The translations under genes and the position numbers were made by a program. Of a DNA stretch of 47,329 nucleotides, positions 17,823-26,594 are shown piece by piece (within the stretch, counting starts at the first letter, position 1; each line of letters begins with the position of its first letter). The notes below the pieces were generated by a model. It did no database searches, was not told the origin of the DNA, and saw only the letters and a program-made list of their open reading frames with translations. The stretch covers positions 1 to 47,329 of the forward strand of contig JAGDAG010000276.1 of the NCBI GenBank assembly GCA_017959625.1, written 5' to 3'. The DNA is from Abditibacteriota bacterium. GTDB taxonomy: Bacteria > Armatimonadota > UBA5829.

Positions 17823-20132
17823 ATGCGCTTTATCATCTTTGTCCTTGCCGCGCTTTTTGCGACTTTGCCCGCTTTCTGTCTGGATCTGACGGAGGCCGTC
17901 ATAGTCCTGGGGCAGGACGCGGATCCGGCGGAGGAAACGGCGGCGTCGGAGCTGTCGCTGTATCTGGGGAAGATCACCGGCCGGGAGTATCCCGTCACGG
18001 CTGCGCCCCCTGAAGAGGGGCCTGCCATATACGTGGGGCAGACGGGGCTGGTAAAAAGCCTTCTTCCGGACTTTGACTGGGACTCCCTGAAGGACGACGG
18101 CACCCTGATGAAAAGCGGGAAGGACCGGCTCATCCTGGCGGGGGACAGGCCCCGGGGTTCCATCTACGCCGTTTACGGCTTTCTGGAGGACTGCCTGGGC
18201 TGCAGGTTCCTGACGGCCCACGTGGAGACCGTGCCGAAGCGGGACAGGATAACGGTGAAAGACGATTTATACAAGACCTACGTTCCCCCCTTCACCTACA
18301 GAGAGCCCTTTATGTGCATGAACTACATCAACCAGTAGACCACGGCCAAGCTGCGGGTTAACGGGGACAACTGGGCCATAGAACGCAAATGGGGAGGCAA
18401 CCGGAGCATGATGAGGGTGGGCCACGCCTTTGAATCGGAGCTGCTGCCGGGAAGCAAATACTTCAAGGAACATCCGGAGTGGTTTGCCCTGCGGGACGGC
18501 GTCCGCCGGCCGGTGCAGCCCTGCCTGTCCGATCCGGAGGCCCTGAAGGAAGTGGCCGCAAATATCCGCCGGGAGATAGAGGAACTGGGCATCAGGCACG
18601 TGGCCGTGGGCCTCAACGACAACAATCTCTATTGCCAGTGCCCCGACTGCGAGGCCCTGGCGGAAAAATACGGCGCCCAGTCCGGGGTGCTGATACACGC
18701 TCTGAACCATATATACGATCTCATCAAAGACGAATATCCCGACGTGATGCTGGAGACCTTTGCCTATCTGCACACCGCGGAGCCTCCCAAGGGCATCAGG
18801 CCCTGCGATCACGTTATGATAGTGCTGTGCGACATAGAGAACAACTTCGGGGCCTCCTTTACGGAAGCGTCCTCCAGGCCTCTCCTGCTGCCGGAGAACG
18901 CCAGATATTTTCTCTACGCCGATCAGCAGACCGTGAACGGCGAATACTACCGCAGGCTCAGGGAATGGGGGAAGATCACCGACAACCTGTTCATCTGGCA
19001 CTACGTGGTCAACTTCAGCAACTATCTGATCCTGCATCCCAATCTGGCGCCCTTCAAAAAGGACCTGCAGGCCTTTCGGGACGCCGGCGCCAAAGCCCTG
19101 TTCCTGCAGGGGGACCGGCACAACGCCTACGCCGGCTTTACGGCTCTCAGGAATTACCTGCTCTGCCGCCTCGCCTGGGATCCGGACAGTGACGAAGACG
19201 AACTGATGAAGGACTTTATGAAAGGCTTCTACGGCGCCGGCTGGGAGTATATATACAGGATATGGAAATATGCCGGGGAGATAGTCGAAAAACGGAATAT
19301 CTTCATCAGCACCTACTGCTACGACGACTCCTGGCTCACCAAGGAGGAGATGGCGGAGATATTCCGCCTGTTCTCCCTGGCCCTTTCCGCCGCCTCCGAC
19401 GACAAGGACGCGAGGTACCGCATCTATTACGACCTTATGTGCTTCCAGGTGGCCTGGTATCTGGCAGACGACGAGACCAGGGACTACTGCGCAAAGTCGG
19501 GCTGGATGGGTATCACGGATCCGGAACGGTTTGCCCGCTATTTCCTGAACTTCGCCCGGAACAACGGCATAGTGGAGTTCAGCGAAGGCGGCCCCATAGA
19601 GAATTCCATCCTGTCCGGCTACAGGCCCAAGGAGAAATCGGGCAGCGTCCCTTCCGTGTGCGAGGGCCTGGCAGACGACGAGTGGATCGAGCTGCTGCCG
19701 GACGATTTTGCCATTATCCAGAAGGGCGCTCTGGCAGACGTGCTGGAGGACCCGGAGGCAGTGACGGGCCGGGCCTGCGTGCTGTATTCGGCTACCGTGG
19801 AATGGAATATGGCGTCGGGCCTGTCGAAGCTGTTGTTCTATCTCTCGGACAGAGGCTACAGGACCTGCGACGTTTACGTGTCCGCAAAGCGCGCCGGCGA
19901 AATGGCAGACCCGGAGGCGGACGCTCTGCAGGTGATCACCTGGGAGCCGGTCTACGGCCTGGAAAAGACCTTCAAGGCCCGGGAACTGGGAAAGAGCTAC
20001 TCGCTTCTTTCCGCCGGGAGCTTTGAGATAAAACGCAGGCCCAACGCGGATATGTTCCTCTATCCCCTGAACAAGCCCGAGGGCTGCAGGGAAGTGTGGA
20101 TAGACAGGGTGATACTCATACCCCGCAAATGA
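17823..20132 (+). pseudogene. DUF4838-like secreted (glycoside-hydrolase-associated) protein split by one in-frame TAG
   Basis: ORFs 17823..18338 (signal peptide MRFIIFVLAALFATLPAFC) and 18408..20132 are in the same frame. The 23 codons between the TAG at 18336-18338 and the next Met contain no stop. Motifs span both halves (GSIYAVYGFLEDCLGCRF; PCLSDPEAL; YCQCPDCEAL). Confidence 0.7.
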
Positions 20133-20178
20133 CAGGGCGCCGGGCAGCCAATGATATTTGCCCGGCAGCGGCCGTCAC

Positions 20179-20210
20179 GGCGGGACCGGCAGGTCCCGCC
20201 GTTTGTTTTT
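20179..20210 (+). terminator. Intrinsic terminator after the DUF4838-like gene
   Basis: GGCGGGACC, loop GGCA, GGTCCCGCC, then GTTTGTTTTT. A second hairpin, GCCGGGCA/TGCCCGGC, lies at about 20139-20166. Confidence 0.8.
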
Positions 20211-20223
20211 CGTATCCCGGATC

Positions 20224-21477
20224 TCAGGATCTGTGGCCGCCTATCTGTCCGCGCCTTTCCCTGGCTGTAGAGCCCGGCAGCCAGCAGGAGCCTCTCAGGA
20301 TCGCTGCGCTGCCGTATCTGCGCTTCAGGCCGCATATGGTCTTCTGCAGATCCCGTTCCTTTTCCGCGGCCGTGTCGGCAAAAAGCGTGTTTTCGACGGC
20401 TGCGGGCCCGAGGCTTCCGAAGCTGATGCCGGCCCGGTGTATGTCGCTTATGCTGCGGGGCACGTTTTCTTCGTAAAGCCTGTCGATCTTTTCTTTTATG
20501 ACCGAATATCTGTTTTCTGCGTCCATCACTCTTGAAACGCTTATCCGCAGGGGTTCTCCGGCGCCGGCCCGGCCGCTGATATACATGGAAAGAGAGCCTG
20601 CTTTCAGGTCATGCTCGGCCATATCCAGACACAGGGAATCCGCCATGTCCCTGAGAAGTATAAGGCCTCTTTTTCTGCTGCAGGCTGTTCCTATGACCTG
20701 GCTGTGGGAAAGGGAATGCTGTTTGGGCACGTATTGCTTTATATTTTCAATGGTCGTTGCGTCTCTCCCCCACGCCCTGTCTATAAGGGCCTCTCCGTTT
20801 TTGCCGAAGTTCTGCATTATAAGGGCTTCCGGCGCTTCTGCCAGGTGCTCCATACAGCGTATGCCCAGCTTTTGCAGCCGCCGCGAGACCCCGGAGGCTA
20901 TCATCCAGAAATCGGTTATGGGGGTGTGCCGCCACAGCAGGCTTCTGTATCTTTCTTCGTCGAGATATGCGATAAAGCCCGGAGAATGCTTGGCAAGGAT
21001 ATCCAGCGCAACCTTTGAAAGGTATATATTGCCGCCTATGCCGCAGGCGGCCGTGAGCCCCAGCTCTGCGTATATGCAGCCCAGAAGCATCTCTGCCATT
21101 TCCCGGGGCGTTTTTTTGTAAAGGGGCAGATATTCCGTTACGTCCAGAAACGCTTCGTCGATGGAATACACGTGTATGTCGGCGGGAGAGACGTATCTGA
21201 GGTATATCTCATATATCTCCGCCGCCGTTTCCATATACAGCCTCATTCTGGGGACTGCCGTTATATAATGCAGTCCGGCAGGTATCTCGAACAGCCGGCA
21301 TCTGTTTTTTACCCCCAGCTTTCTGAGAGAGGGAGAAACAGCCAGGCATATGGTCCGGTCCGTGCGCGACGTATCTGCCACTACCAGATTGCTTGTCATG
21401 GGGTCAAGCCCTCTTTTGATGCATTCCACAGAGGCATAAAAGGATTTCAGATCGATGCACAGATATGTTTTGTTCAT
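20224..21477 (-). CDS. Y-family (DinB/UmuC/ImpB-type) translesion DNA polymerase
   Basis: 417 aa: MNKTYLCIDLKSFYASVECIKRGLDP...SIDEAFLDVT...C-terminal RRYGSAAILRG...QIGGHRS. It is the only credible minus-strand gene in the window. Confidence 0.88.
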   Translation of the reverse strand: MNKTYLCIDLKSFYASVECIKRGLDPMTSNLVVADTSRTDRTICLAVSPSLRKLGVKNRCRLFEIPAGLHYITAVPRMRLYMETAAEIYEIYLRYVSPADIHVYSIDEAFLDVTEYLPLYKKTPREMAEMLLGCIYAELGLTAACGIGGNIYLSKVALDILAKHSPGFIAYLDEERYRSLLWRHTPITDFWMIASGVSRRLQKLGIRCMEHLAEAPEALIMQNFGKNGEALIDRAWGRDATTIENIKQYVPKQHSLSHSQVIGTACSRKRGLILLRDMADSLCLDMAEHDLKAGSLSMYISGRAGAGEPLRISVSRVMDAENRYSVIKEKIDRLYEENVPRSISDIHRAGISFGSLGPAAVENTLFADTAAEKERDLQKTICGLKRRYGSAAILRGSCWLPGSTARERRGQIGGHRS

Positions 21478-21487
21478 AACGCCCTCC

Positions 21488-21514
21488 GTTTATACTTGTT
21501 TATACGGCTTATAC
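21488..21514 (-). repeat. Three direct repeats phased at 10 bp in the polymerase leader
   Basis: Plus strand: GTTTATAC at 21488 and at 21498, and CTTATAC at 21508. This reads GTATAA(A/G) x3 on the coding strand. They lie between the predicted -10 and the GGAGG RBS. Confidence 0.7.
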
Positions 21515-21521
21515 TAACTTT

Positions 21522-21550
21522 ATTATAATCCTTTCTGCCGGCCGTGTCAA
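21522..21550 (-). promoter_or_regulatory. Consensus sigma-70 promoter for the Y-family polymerase
   Basis: The minus strand reads TTGACA (plus 21545-21550), 17 nt, TATAAT (plus 21522-21527). Confidence 0.7.
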
Positions 21551-21606
21551 CAATAATAAACTGATTTTGTGTAAAAAAATATAACGCTGCCGGCGCTTGG
21601 CGGGTG

Positions 21607-21635
21607 TTGAACATTCCCGGCTTTTATGATATAAT
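21607..21635 (+). promoter_or_regulatory. Promoter for the secreted glycoside hydrolase
   Basis: TTGAAC (21607-21612), 17 nt, TGaTATAAT (-10 at 21630-21635). Confidence 0.65.
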
Positions 21636-21668
21636 GAGTAGTAACAAATTGTTTTTGAGGAACAAACG

Positions 21669-23723
21669 ATGAAGCTTTTTGCCTGTATATCTGCGCTGCT
21701 TTTGCTTTCGGCGGCGGCCTTTGCCGAATTCAGAGAGTTCCCTTCATATTTCTGCGGCATCAATCAGGTGGCTGCGGAGAAGGCGTCCCCCGAGAGGCCT
21801 TTCAATCTGACGGACGAGGAGATCCTCGCCTTCAGGGAAAAAGGCGTGAACACCATACGGATCCCCCTTTATGCCGAGGCTATAGGGATCCCCGAAAAAT
21901 TGTATTACGAAGACGGAAGGACCTTTGACAGGGAGAAAGCCGAGTCGTGGCCTCTGGACTGGAGCCGCCTGGACGGCTTTCTGGAGCAGTGCATAAAGTA
22001 CGACATAACTCCCTACGTGTGCCCCCATCCGTTCCATTTTTACACGGTCTACATACCGGAGGACAGAGAGTCCGCCGAGTGGTTCACCCTTAAGGTGGTG
22101 GAGCATATCTCCGAAAAATACGGGAGCCGGGTAATCTACGGCTGGTATGAAAACATATGGCGCAATTCCCACGATCCCTGGTGGAAGGGGGAATACCGTC
22201 ATACGAAATACCCCCTGTTCCTTAAGGAATTCCGGTCACGGCTCCGGGAAAAATACGGCACTGTGGAAAAACTGAACAAGGCGTGGAAAAGCAATTACGC
22301 CGATTTTTCCGAGGCAGAGATCCCGGATATGGGTTCGGTGGAGCGCGGGGTCCCCGAAAGCGCCATGGACAGCCGCAGGACCTATGATCTGCGTTATATC
22401 ATAGATATGATGTCGCTGGACGCCGTGAGGGAGATCAAGGCAAAGGTAAAGGCCCTCGCTCCGGACTGTATCTGGGTGGGCTCCTGTTTTCACGACAGCT
22501 TCGGCGGCCTGGGGCAGGTAAAGGGAGGCAATCCCCCCAACTGCAACTGGTCTCTCAGGACCCACGCTCTTACAAGCGACGCGCTGGCGGCGGACAGCTA
22601 TCAGCACAGGGACAGGTTCATGGCCTCTTACAGAACGGTGGAAAAGCTGGCGTATCTTTACGGCATACCGTGGTTCGCCGTGGAGATCAACGCCCAGTCC
22701 CGGGCCGCCATGAAATGGATCCCCGAGCTGGGGGGCAACAATACCGGCTCTCTGGTGTGGGACGGAAGAGACAACAGCGCCTTTGCGCTTATGAGGGAGG
22801 ACGGCTCATTTACCCCGCTTATAGACGATGCCGAAAGGCTCTGGAAAAGGGCTCCGGAGAAAAGACGCCCCTACAGAGTGGGCAGGATATACGTTTATTA
22901 TCCCGAAGAAAGCTATGAATATATGGTGTCATGGGAAAACTATCTGGACTGCTACTGCAAGGCGTTTTTGTGTGTGGCAAGCCCCGACGACATAGAGCCT
23001 GTGACCACCGCCGAGCTGCAGGCCCTGGAGCCGGACAGGGAGATATACGTATTTGAGAACCATCTCCCCCGAAAAGCCATCGACGAGCTGAACCGGCGCA
23101 AGGCGAAATGCATCTGCCCTCATGAGTTTTTCATAGACGAAGACGGAAAAAGGGTGGAAAGAGCGTATAAGCCCGATGATTTTGACGAGAGCCTCAAATA
23201 CACAAAATACGGGCTGCAGCTGCTGCCCGCCTTCAGGGCTGTGGAAATAAAGGCCTTCAACGCCGCCTGTCCCGAAAAGGGCGCCGTTGTTTCGTGCCCT
23301 TCGGAGCTTAAGAAAAACGGCGACGGCATGGCCTCCGACGTTCCCGCCAACCTTATCGACGGCGACCAGATCGCGAGCCGCATATTGTTTGCCGATACGG
23401 ACCAGCGGGAAGAGCTGGAAGTGGCTCTCGGCTCGGAAAAAACCGTAAGGGGCGCCTTTTTTGTGACGGAGGCGGAGGATAAAGGAAGGATACCCTCCGG
23501 CTTCAGCGTGTGGGTGTCTTCCGACGGCAAGAACTACAAAGAGGTGTATGATTCGAAGCCGGAGATAAAAGAGAACCTGAATATAGTTTATTTTCCGCCG
23601 GTGAAGGCTGCTTTTGTGAAGCTTGATTTCGGCGTTTGCGGCGATAAGACCGGGACCCGGCTCATGGAGATAGGGGTCCTGGAGAGCGCCGGAAAGGGGA
23701 AAAACAATGGAAACAACAAATGA
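21669..23723 (+). CDS. Secreted TIM-barrel glycoside hydrolase (GH42/GH5-like) with C-terminal discoidin/F5-8-type-C-like domain
   Basis: Signal peptide MKLFACISALLLLSAAAFA. GVNTIRIPLY and FRSRLREKYGTVEKLNKAWKSNY resemble the GH42-type motif. The C-terminus (NLIDGD...FSVWVSSDGKNYKEVY...VKLDF) looks like a carbohydrate-binding beta-sandwich. Confidence 0.6.
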   Translation: MKLFACISALLLLSAAAFAEFREFPSYFCGINQVAAEKASPERPFNLTDEEILAFREKGVNTIRIPLYAEAIGIPEKLYYEDGRTFDREKAESWPLDWSRLDGFLEQCIKYDITPYVCPHPFHFYTVYIPEDRESAEWFTLKVVEHISEKYGSRVIYGWYENIWRNSHDPWWKGEYRHTKYPLFLKEFRSRLREKYGTVEKLNKAWKSNYADFSEAEIPDMGSVERGVPESAMDSRRTYDLRYIIDMMSLDAVREIKAKVKALAPDCIWVGSCFHDSFGGLGQVKGGNPPNCNWSLRTHALTSDALAADSYQHRDRFMASYRTVEKLAYLYGIPWFAVEINAQSRAAMKWIPELGGNNTGSLVWDGRDNSAFALMREDGSFTPLIDDAERLWKRAPEKRRPYRVGRIYVYYPEESYEYMVSWENYLDCYCKAFLCVASPDDIEPVTTAELQALEPDREIYVFENHLPRKAIDELNRRKAKCICPHEFFIDEDGKRVERAYKPDDFDESLKYTKYGLQLLPAFRAVEIKAFNAACPEKGAVVSCPSELKKNGDGMASDVPANLIDGDQIASRILFADTDQREELEVALGSEKTVRGAFFVTEAEDKGRIPSGFSVWVSSDGKNYKEVYDSKPEIKENLNIVYFPPVKAAFVKLDFGVCGDKTGTRLMEIGVLESAGKGKNNGNNK

Positions 23724-25488
23724 AAAATGGGATCTGGGAGATCTTTACGGCGGCGTGAACGATCCCGCGGCTGACGCCGATCTGGAACGCGCCGGCAGGC
23801 TGGCGGAGGATTTTGCCCGCAGATACAGAGGCAGGATAGCCTCTGCCGGAGGAGGGCTGCTTTCGGAGGCTCTGCGGGAGTATGCCGAAATACTTGCATT
23901 GTGCTACAAGCCTGACCTCTACGCTATGCTGGTGTTTTCCGCGGATACCTCCGCTCCGGAAAACGGGGCCTTTTTGCAGAAGGTCACCGAAAAGGTATCT
24001 GCCGTAAACGTGACCCTGATGTTTTTTGATCTGGAGCTTATGGAAATGCCGGAAGAAGGGCTGTCGGCAGCCTTTGCGGAATGTCCGGAGCTGGCAGAAT
24101 ATGCCCATCACATAAAAACGGTGCGGGCGTTCAATCCTTTCAGGCTCAGCGAACCCGAGGAGCGGATCCTGGAAGAAAAGGCCAATACAGGCAGAAGAGC
24201 CTTTGACAGGCTTTTCGACCAGGTGCTTTCTTCCGCCGTTTTCAAAGGCTGCGTAAAGGGTGAGGAAAAGGAAATGAACGAGGCCCAGGTGCTGAGCCTT
24301 CTCAGGAGCCCGGACCGGAAGATAAGAGAGGATGCGGCGCATATCCTCACGAAGGGGCTTCTGGAAAATTCGGGAGTGCTTTCGTTTATCTTCAACACCC
24401 TGGTTTACGACAAAAGCGTGGACGACAGGCTCAGAGGTTTTTCTTATCCCCAGGAAGCCCGCCATCTTTCCAACGAGCTCAGCCGGGAAACGGTGGATAT
24501 GGTGATCGGTATCTGCCGGGAGAACTACGGGCTGGTCTCGCGGTTCTACAAAAGAAAGAAGGAACTCCTGGGGCTGAAGGAACTCACCCATATCGACCGT
24601 TACGCTCCCATCGCTTCGGCGGAAAAGGATATACCCTTTGAGGAAGCGAAAAAAACCGTGCTGGAGGCCTTTGCCGGCTTTTCCGGGAGGTTTTCCTCCA
24701 TAGCAAAAGAATTTTTTGACAAAAACTGGCTGGACGCCGGCCCCCGTCCGGGCAAACGGGGAGGCGCCTTCTGCGCCCATGCGGATCCGAAGCACCATCC
24801 GTATATACTCATGAACTATATGAACAGAGCCGATGACGTCATGACTCTTGCCCACGAGCTGGGGCACGGTATCCACGCAGTGCTGGCGTCGAAGCAGAAC
24901 ATTTTTGACTGCAGCGCGGCGCTTCCGGTGGCCGAAAACGCCTCTACCTTCGGCGAGATGCTGGTTTTTGAATCTCTTGCGGCCAAAGCCTCGCCCGAAG
25001 ACAAGCTCGCTCTTTACGCAGAAAAGATAGAAAGCGTGTTTGCCACCGTGTTCCGCCAGTGCGCCATGTATATCTTTGAGTGCCGGCTCCATGACGCCCG
25101 CAGATCCCGGGGAGAGCTTTCCGTGGAGGATATATCGGACATTTGGCAGTCGTGCCTGCAGGAGATGTTCGGAGACAGCCTGATACTGGGGGAAGAGCAC
25201 AAATACTGGTGGATATACGTATCCCATTTTATAGGCTCGCCTTTTTACGTGTATGCCTACAGCTTCGGCGAACTGATGGTGCTTTCGCTGTATTCCATTT
25301 ACAGAAAGGAAGGCCCTGCCTTTGTGGAAAAATATGAAAAACTGCTGGCAGGAGGCGGAAGCAAGGCTCCGGCGGAGCTTCTCCGGGAAGCGGGCTTCGA
25401 CATTTCCGACGCCGCCTTCTGGAACAGCGGCATGGCTTATATAAAGGCTCTTATAGAAGAATTTGAGGCCATGTGCGGCGGCAGATGA
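23707..25488 (+). CDS. M3-family oligoendopeptidase (PepF-like)
   Basis: 593 aa with the zinc motif HELGHGIH and a downstream E ligand context (NASTFGEM). Overlaps the upstream gene by 17 nt. Confidence 0.85.
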   Translation: METTNEKWDLGDLYGGVNDPAADADLERAGRLAEDFARRYRGRIASAGGGLLSEALREYAEILALCYKPDLYAMLVFSADTSAPENGAFLQKVTEKVSAVNVTLMFFDLELMEMPEEGLSAAFAECPELAEYAHHIKTVRAFNPFRLSEPEERILEEKANTGRRAFDRLFDQVLSSAVFKGCVKGEEKEMNEAQVLSLLRSPDRKIREDAAHILTKGLLENSGVLSFIFNTLVYDKSVDDRLRGFSYPQEARHLSNELSRETVDMVIGICRENYGLVSRFYKRKKELLGLKELTHIDRYAPIASAEKDIPFEEAKKTVLEAFAGFSGRFSSIAKEFFDKNWLDAGPRPGKRGGAFCAHADPKHHPYILMNYMNRADDVMTLAHELGHGIHAVLASKQNIFDCSAALPVAENASTFGEMLVFESLAAKASPEDKLALYAEKIESVFATVFRQCAMYIFECRLHDARRSRGELSVEDISDIWQSCLQEMFGDSLILGEEHKYWWIYVSHFIGSPFYVYAYSFGELMVLSLYSIYRKEGPAFVEKYEKLLAGGGSKAPAELLREAGFDISDAAFWNSGMAYIKALIEEFEAMCGGR

Positions 25489-25512
25489 CCCGCAGCTTTT
25501 TGGATACGGGAC

Positions 25513-25541
25513 TTGAGAAATATTTGTATTAAGAGTATAAT
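25513..25541 (+). promoter_or_regulatory. Promoter for fba
   Basis: TTGAGA (25513-25518), 17 nt, TATAAT (25536-25541). Confidence 0.6.
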
Positions 25542-25580
25542 ATATATGTATAAATCGTTATCAGATAAGGACGAATAACA

Positions 25581-26531
25581 ATGATAGTAACCACCAAAGA
25601 ACTTTTCAAGCACGCATATGGCAAGTATGCCCTCGGCGCATACAATATCAACAATGCAGAGCAGACGATGGGCCTTTTCAGAGGCTGTATCAATTCTCAG
25701 GCTCCTTTTATCATCCAGATATCCAAAGGCGCCCGCAAATACACCGACAAAAGAATGCTGGAAGGCATGATCAGAGCGGCCGACGAGATATTCCCCGACG
25801 CAGTGTTCGCAGTACATCTGGACCACGGCGATGAAGAAGCCTGCTACGACTGTATCAATTCCGGTTTCTACAGCTCCGTGATGATAGACGCTTCCTCCAA
25901 GCCCTACGAAGAAAACGTAGAGATCACCAAAAGAGTCGTTGACGCTGCCCATGCCAAGGGTATCGCCGTTGAAGCCGAGCTGGGACAGCTGGGCGGCGTA
26001 GAAGAAGATATCGCCGTTTCCGAAGACAAGGCCCACCTCACGGATCCCGAACAGGCAAAGGACTTTATCACCAGGACCGGCTGCGACTCTCTGGCCTGCG
26101 CCATCGGCACCAGCCACGGCGCCTTCAAGTTCACCGGCACCCAGGGCCTTCACTTCGAAGTCATCGAAGCCATCGCCAAGCTCTGCCCCGGCTTCCCTCT
26201 GGTAATGCACGGTTCCTCCTCCGTTCCTCAGGATGAGGTAGCCCGCATCAATGCTGCCGGCGGAAACCTGGCAGGCGCCAAGGGCGTTGACGCTACCCAG
26301 TATCTGGGCGCAGCCAAGCGCGGCGTGACCAAGATCAATATCGATACCGACGGCCGTCTGGTATGGACCAGAGTCCACAGAGAATTCTTCCTGGAAAAGC
26401 CCGAGGTCTTCGACTTCAGACCTGTCGGCAAGATATTTATGGAAGAATACGCCAAGTTCATTGCTTCCCGCAACGACCTTCTGGGTTCTTCCGGCCAGCT
26501 TCCCGCCGTAAAGGAATTTCTTAAGAAATAA
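25581..26531 (+). CDS. fba: Class II fructose-1,6-bisphosphate aldolase
   Basis: ALGAYNINNAEQ..., VHLDHGD, SVMIDAS, AIGTSHGAFKF, LVMHGSS. Confidence 0.92.
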   Translation: MIVTTKELFKHAYGKYALGAYNINNAEQTMGLFRGCINSQAPFIIQISKGARKYTDKRMLEGMIRAADEIFPDAVFAVHLDHGDEEACYDCINSGFYSSVMIDASSKPYEENVEITKRVVDAAHAKGIAVEAELGQLGGVEEDIAVSEDKAHLTDPEQAKDFITRTGCDSLACAIGTSHGAFKFTGTQGLHFEVIEAIAKLCPGFPLVMHGSSSVPQDEVARINAAGGNLAGAKGVDATQYLGAAKRGVTKINIDTDGRLVWTRVHREFFLEKPEVFDFRPVGKIFMEEYAKFIASRNDLLGSSGQLPAVKEFLKK

Positions 26532-26546
26532 TCAAAAACAAAAAAG

Positions 26547-26579
26547 CCGCCGGCCTTTCGGTCTGGCGGTTTTCTTTTT
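26547..26579 (+). terminator. Intrinsic terminator after fba
   Basis: CCGCCGG pairs with CTGGCGG (one G-U pair), enclosing a CC/GG inner stem, then TTTTCTTTTT. Confidence 0.7.
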
Positions 26580-26594
26580 GCTTTGGAAAACAGT

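Noticed and set aside
18336-18338. TAG read as pyrrolysine or as a reassigned sense codon.
   Set aside because: TAG terminates several essential, length-conserved genes in this same window (rplB, rplX, rplE) at the expected positions. No Pyl machinery is visible here.
21478-21668. LexA/SOS box in the divergent polymerase/GH promoter region, for example around TGTTGAACA at 21604-21612.
   Set aside because: That string is not a proper palindrome (GTTGAAC versus GTTCAAC) and it coincides with the -35 of the GH promoter. I saw no GAAC-N4-GTTC or CTGT-N8-ACAG site by eye.
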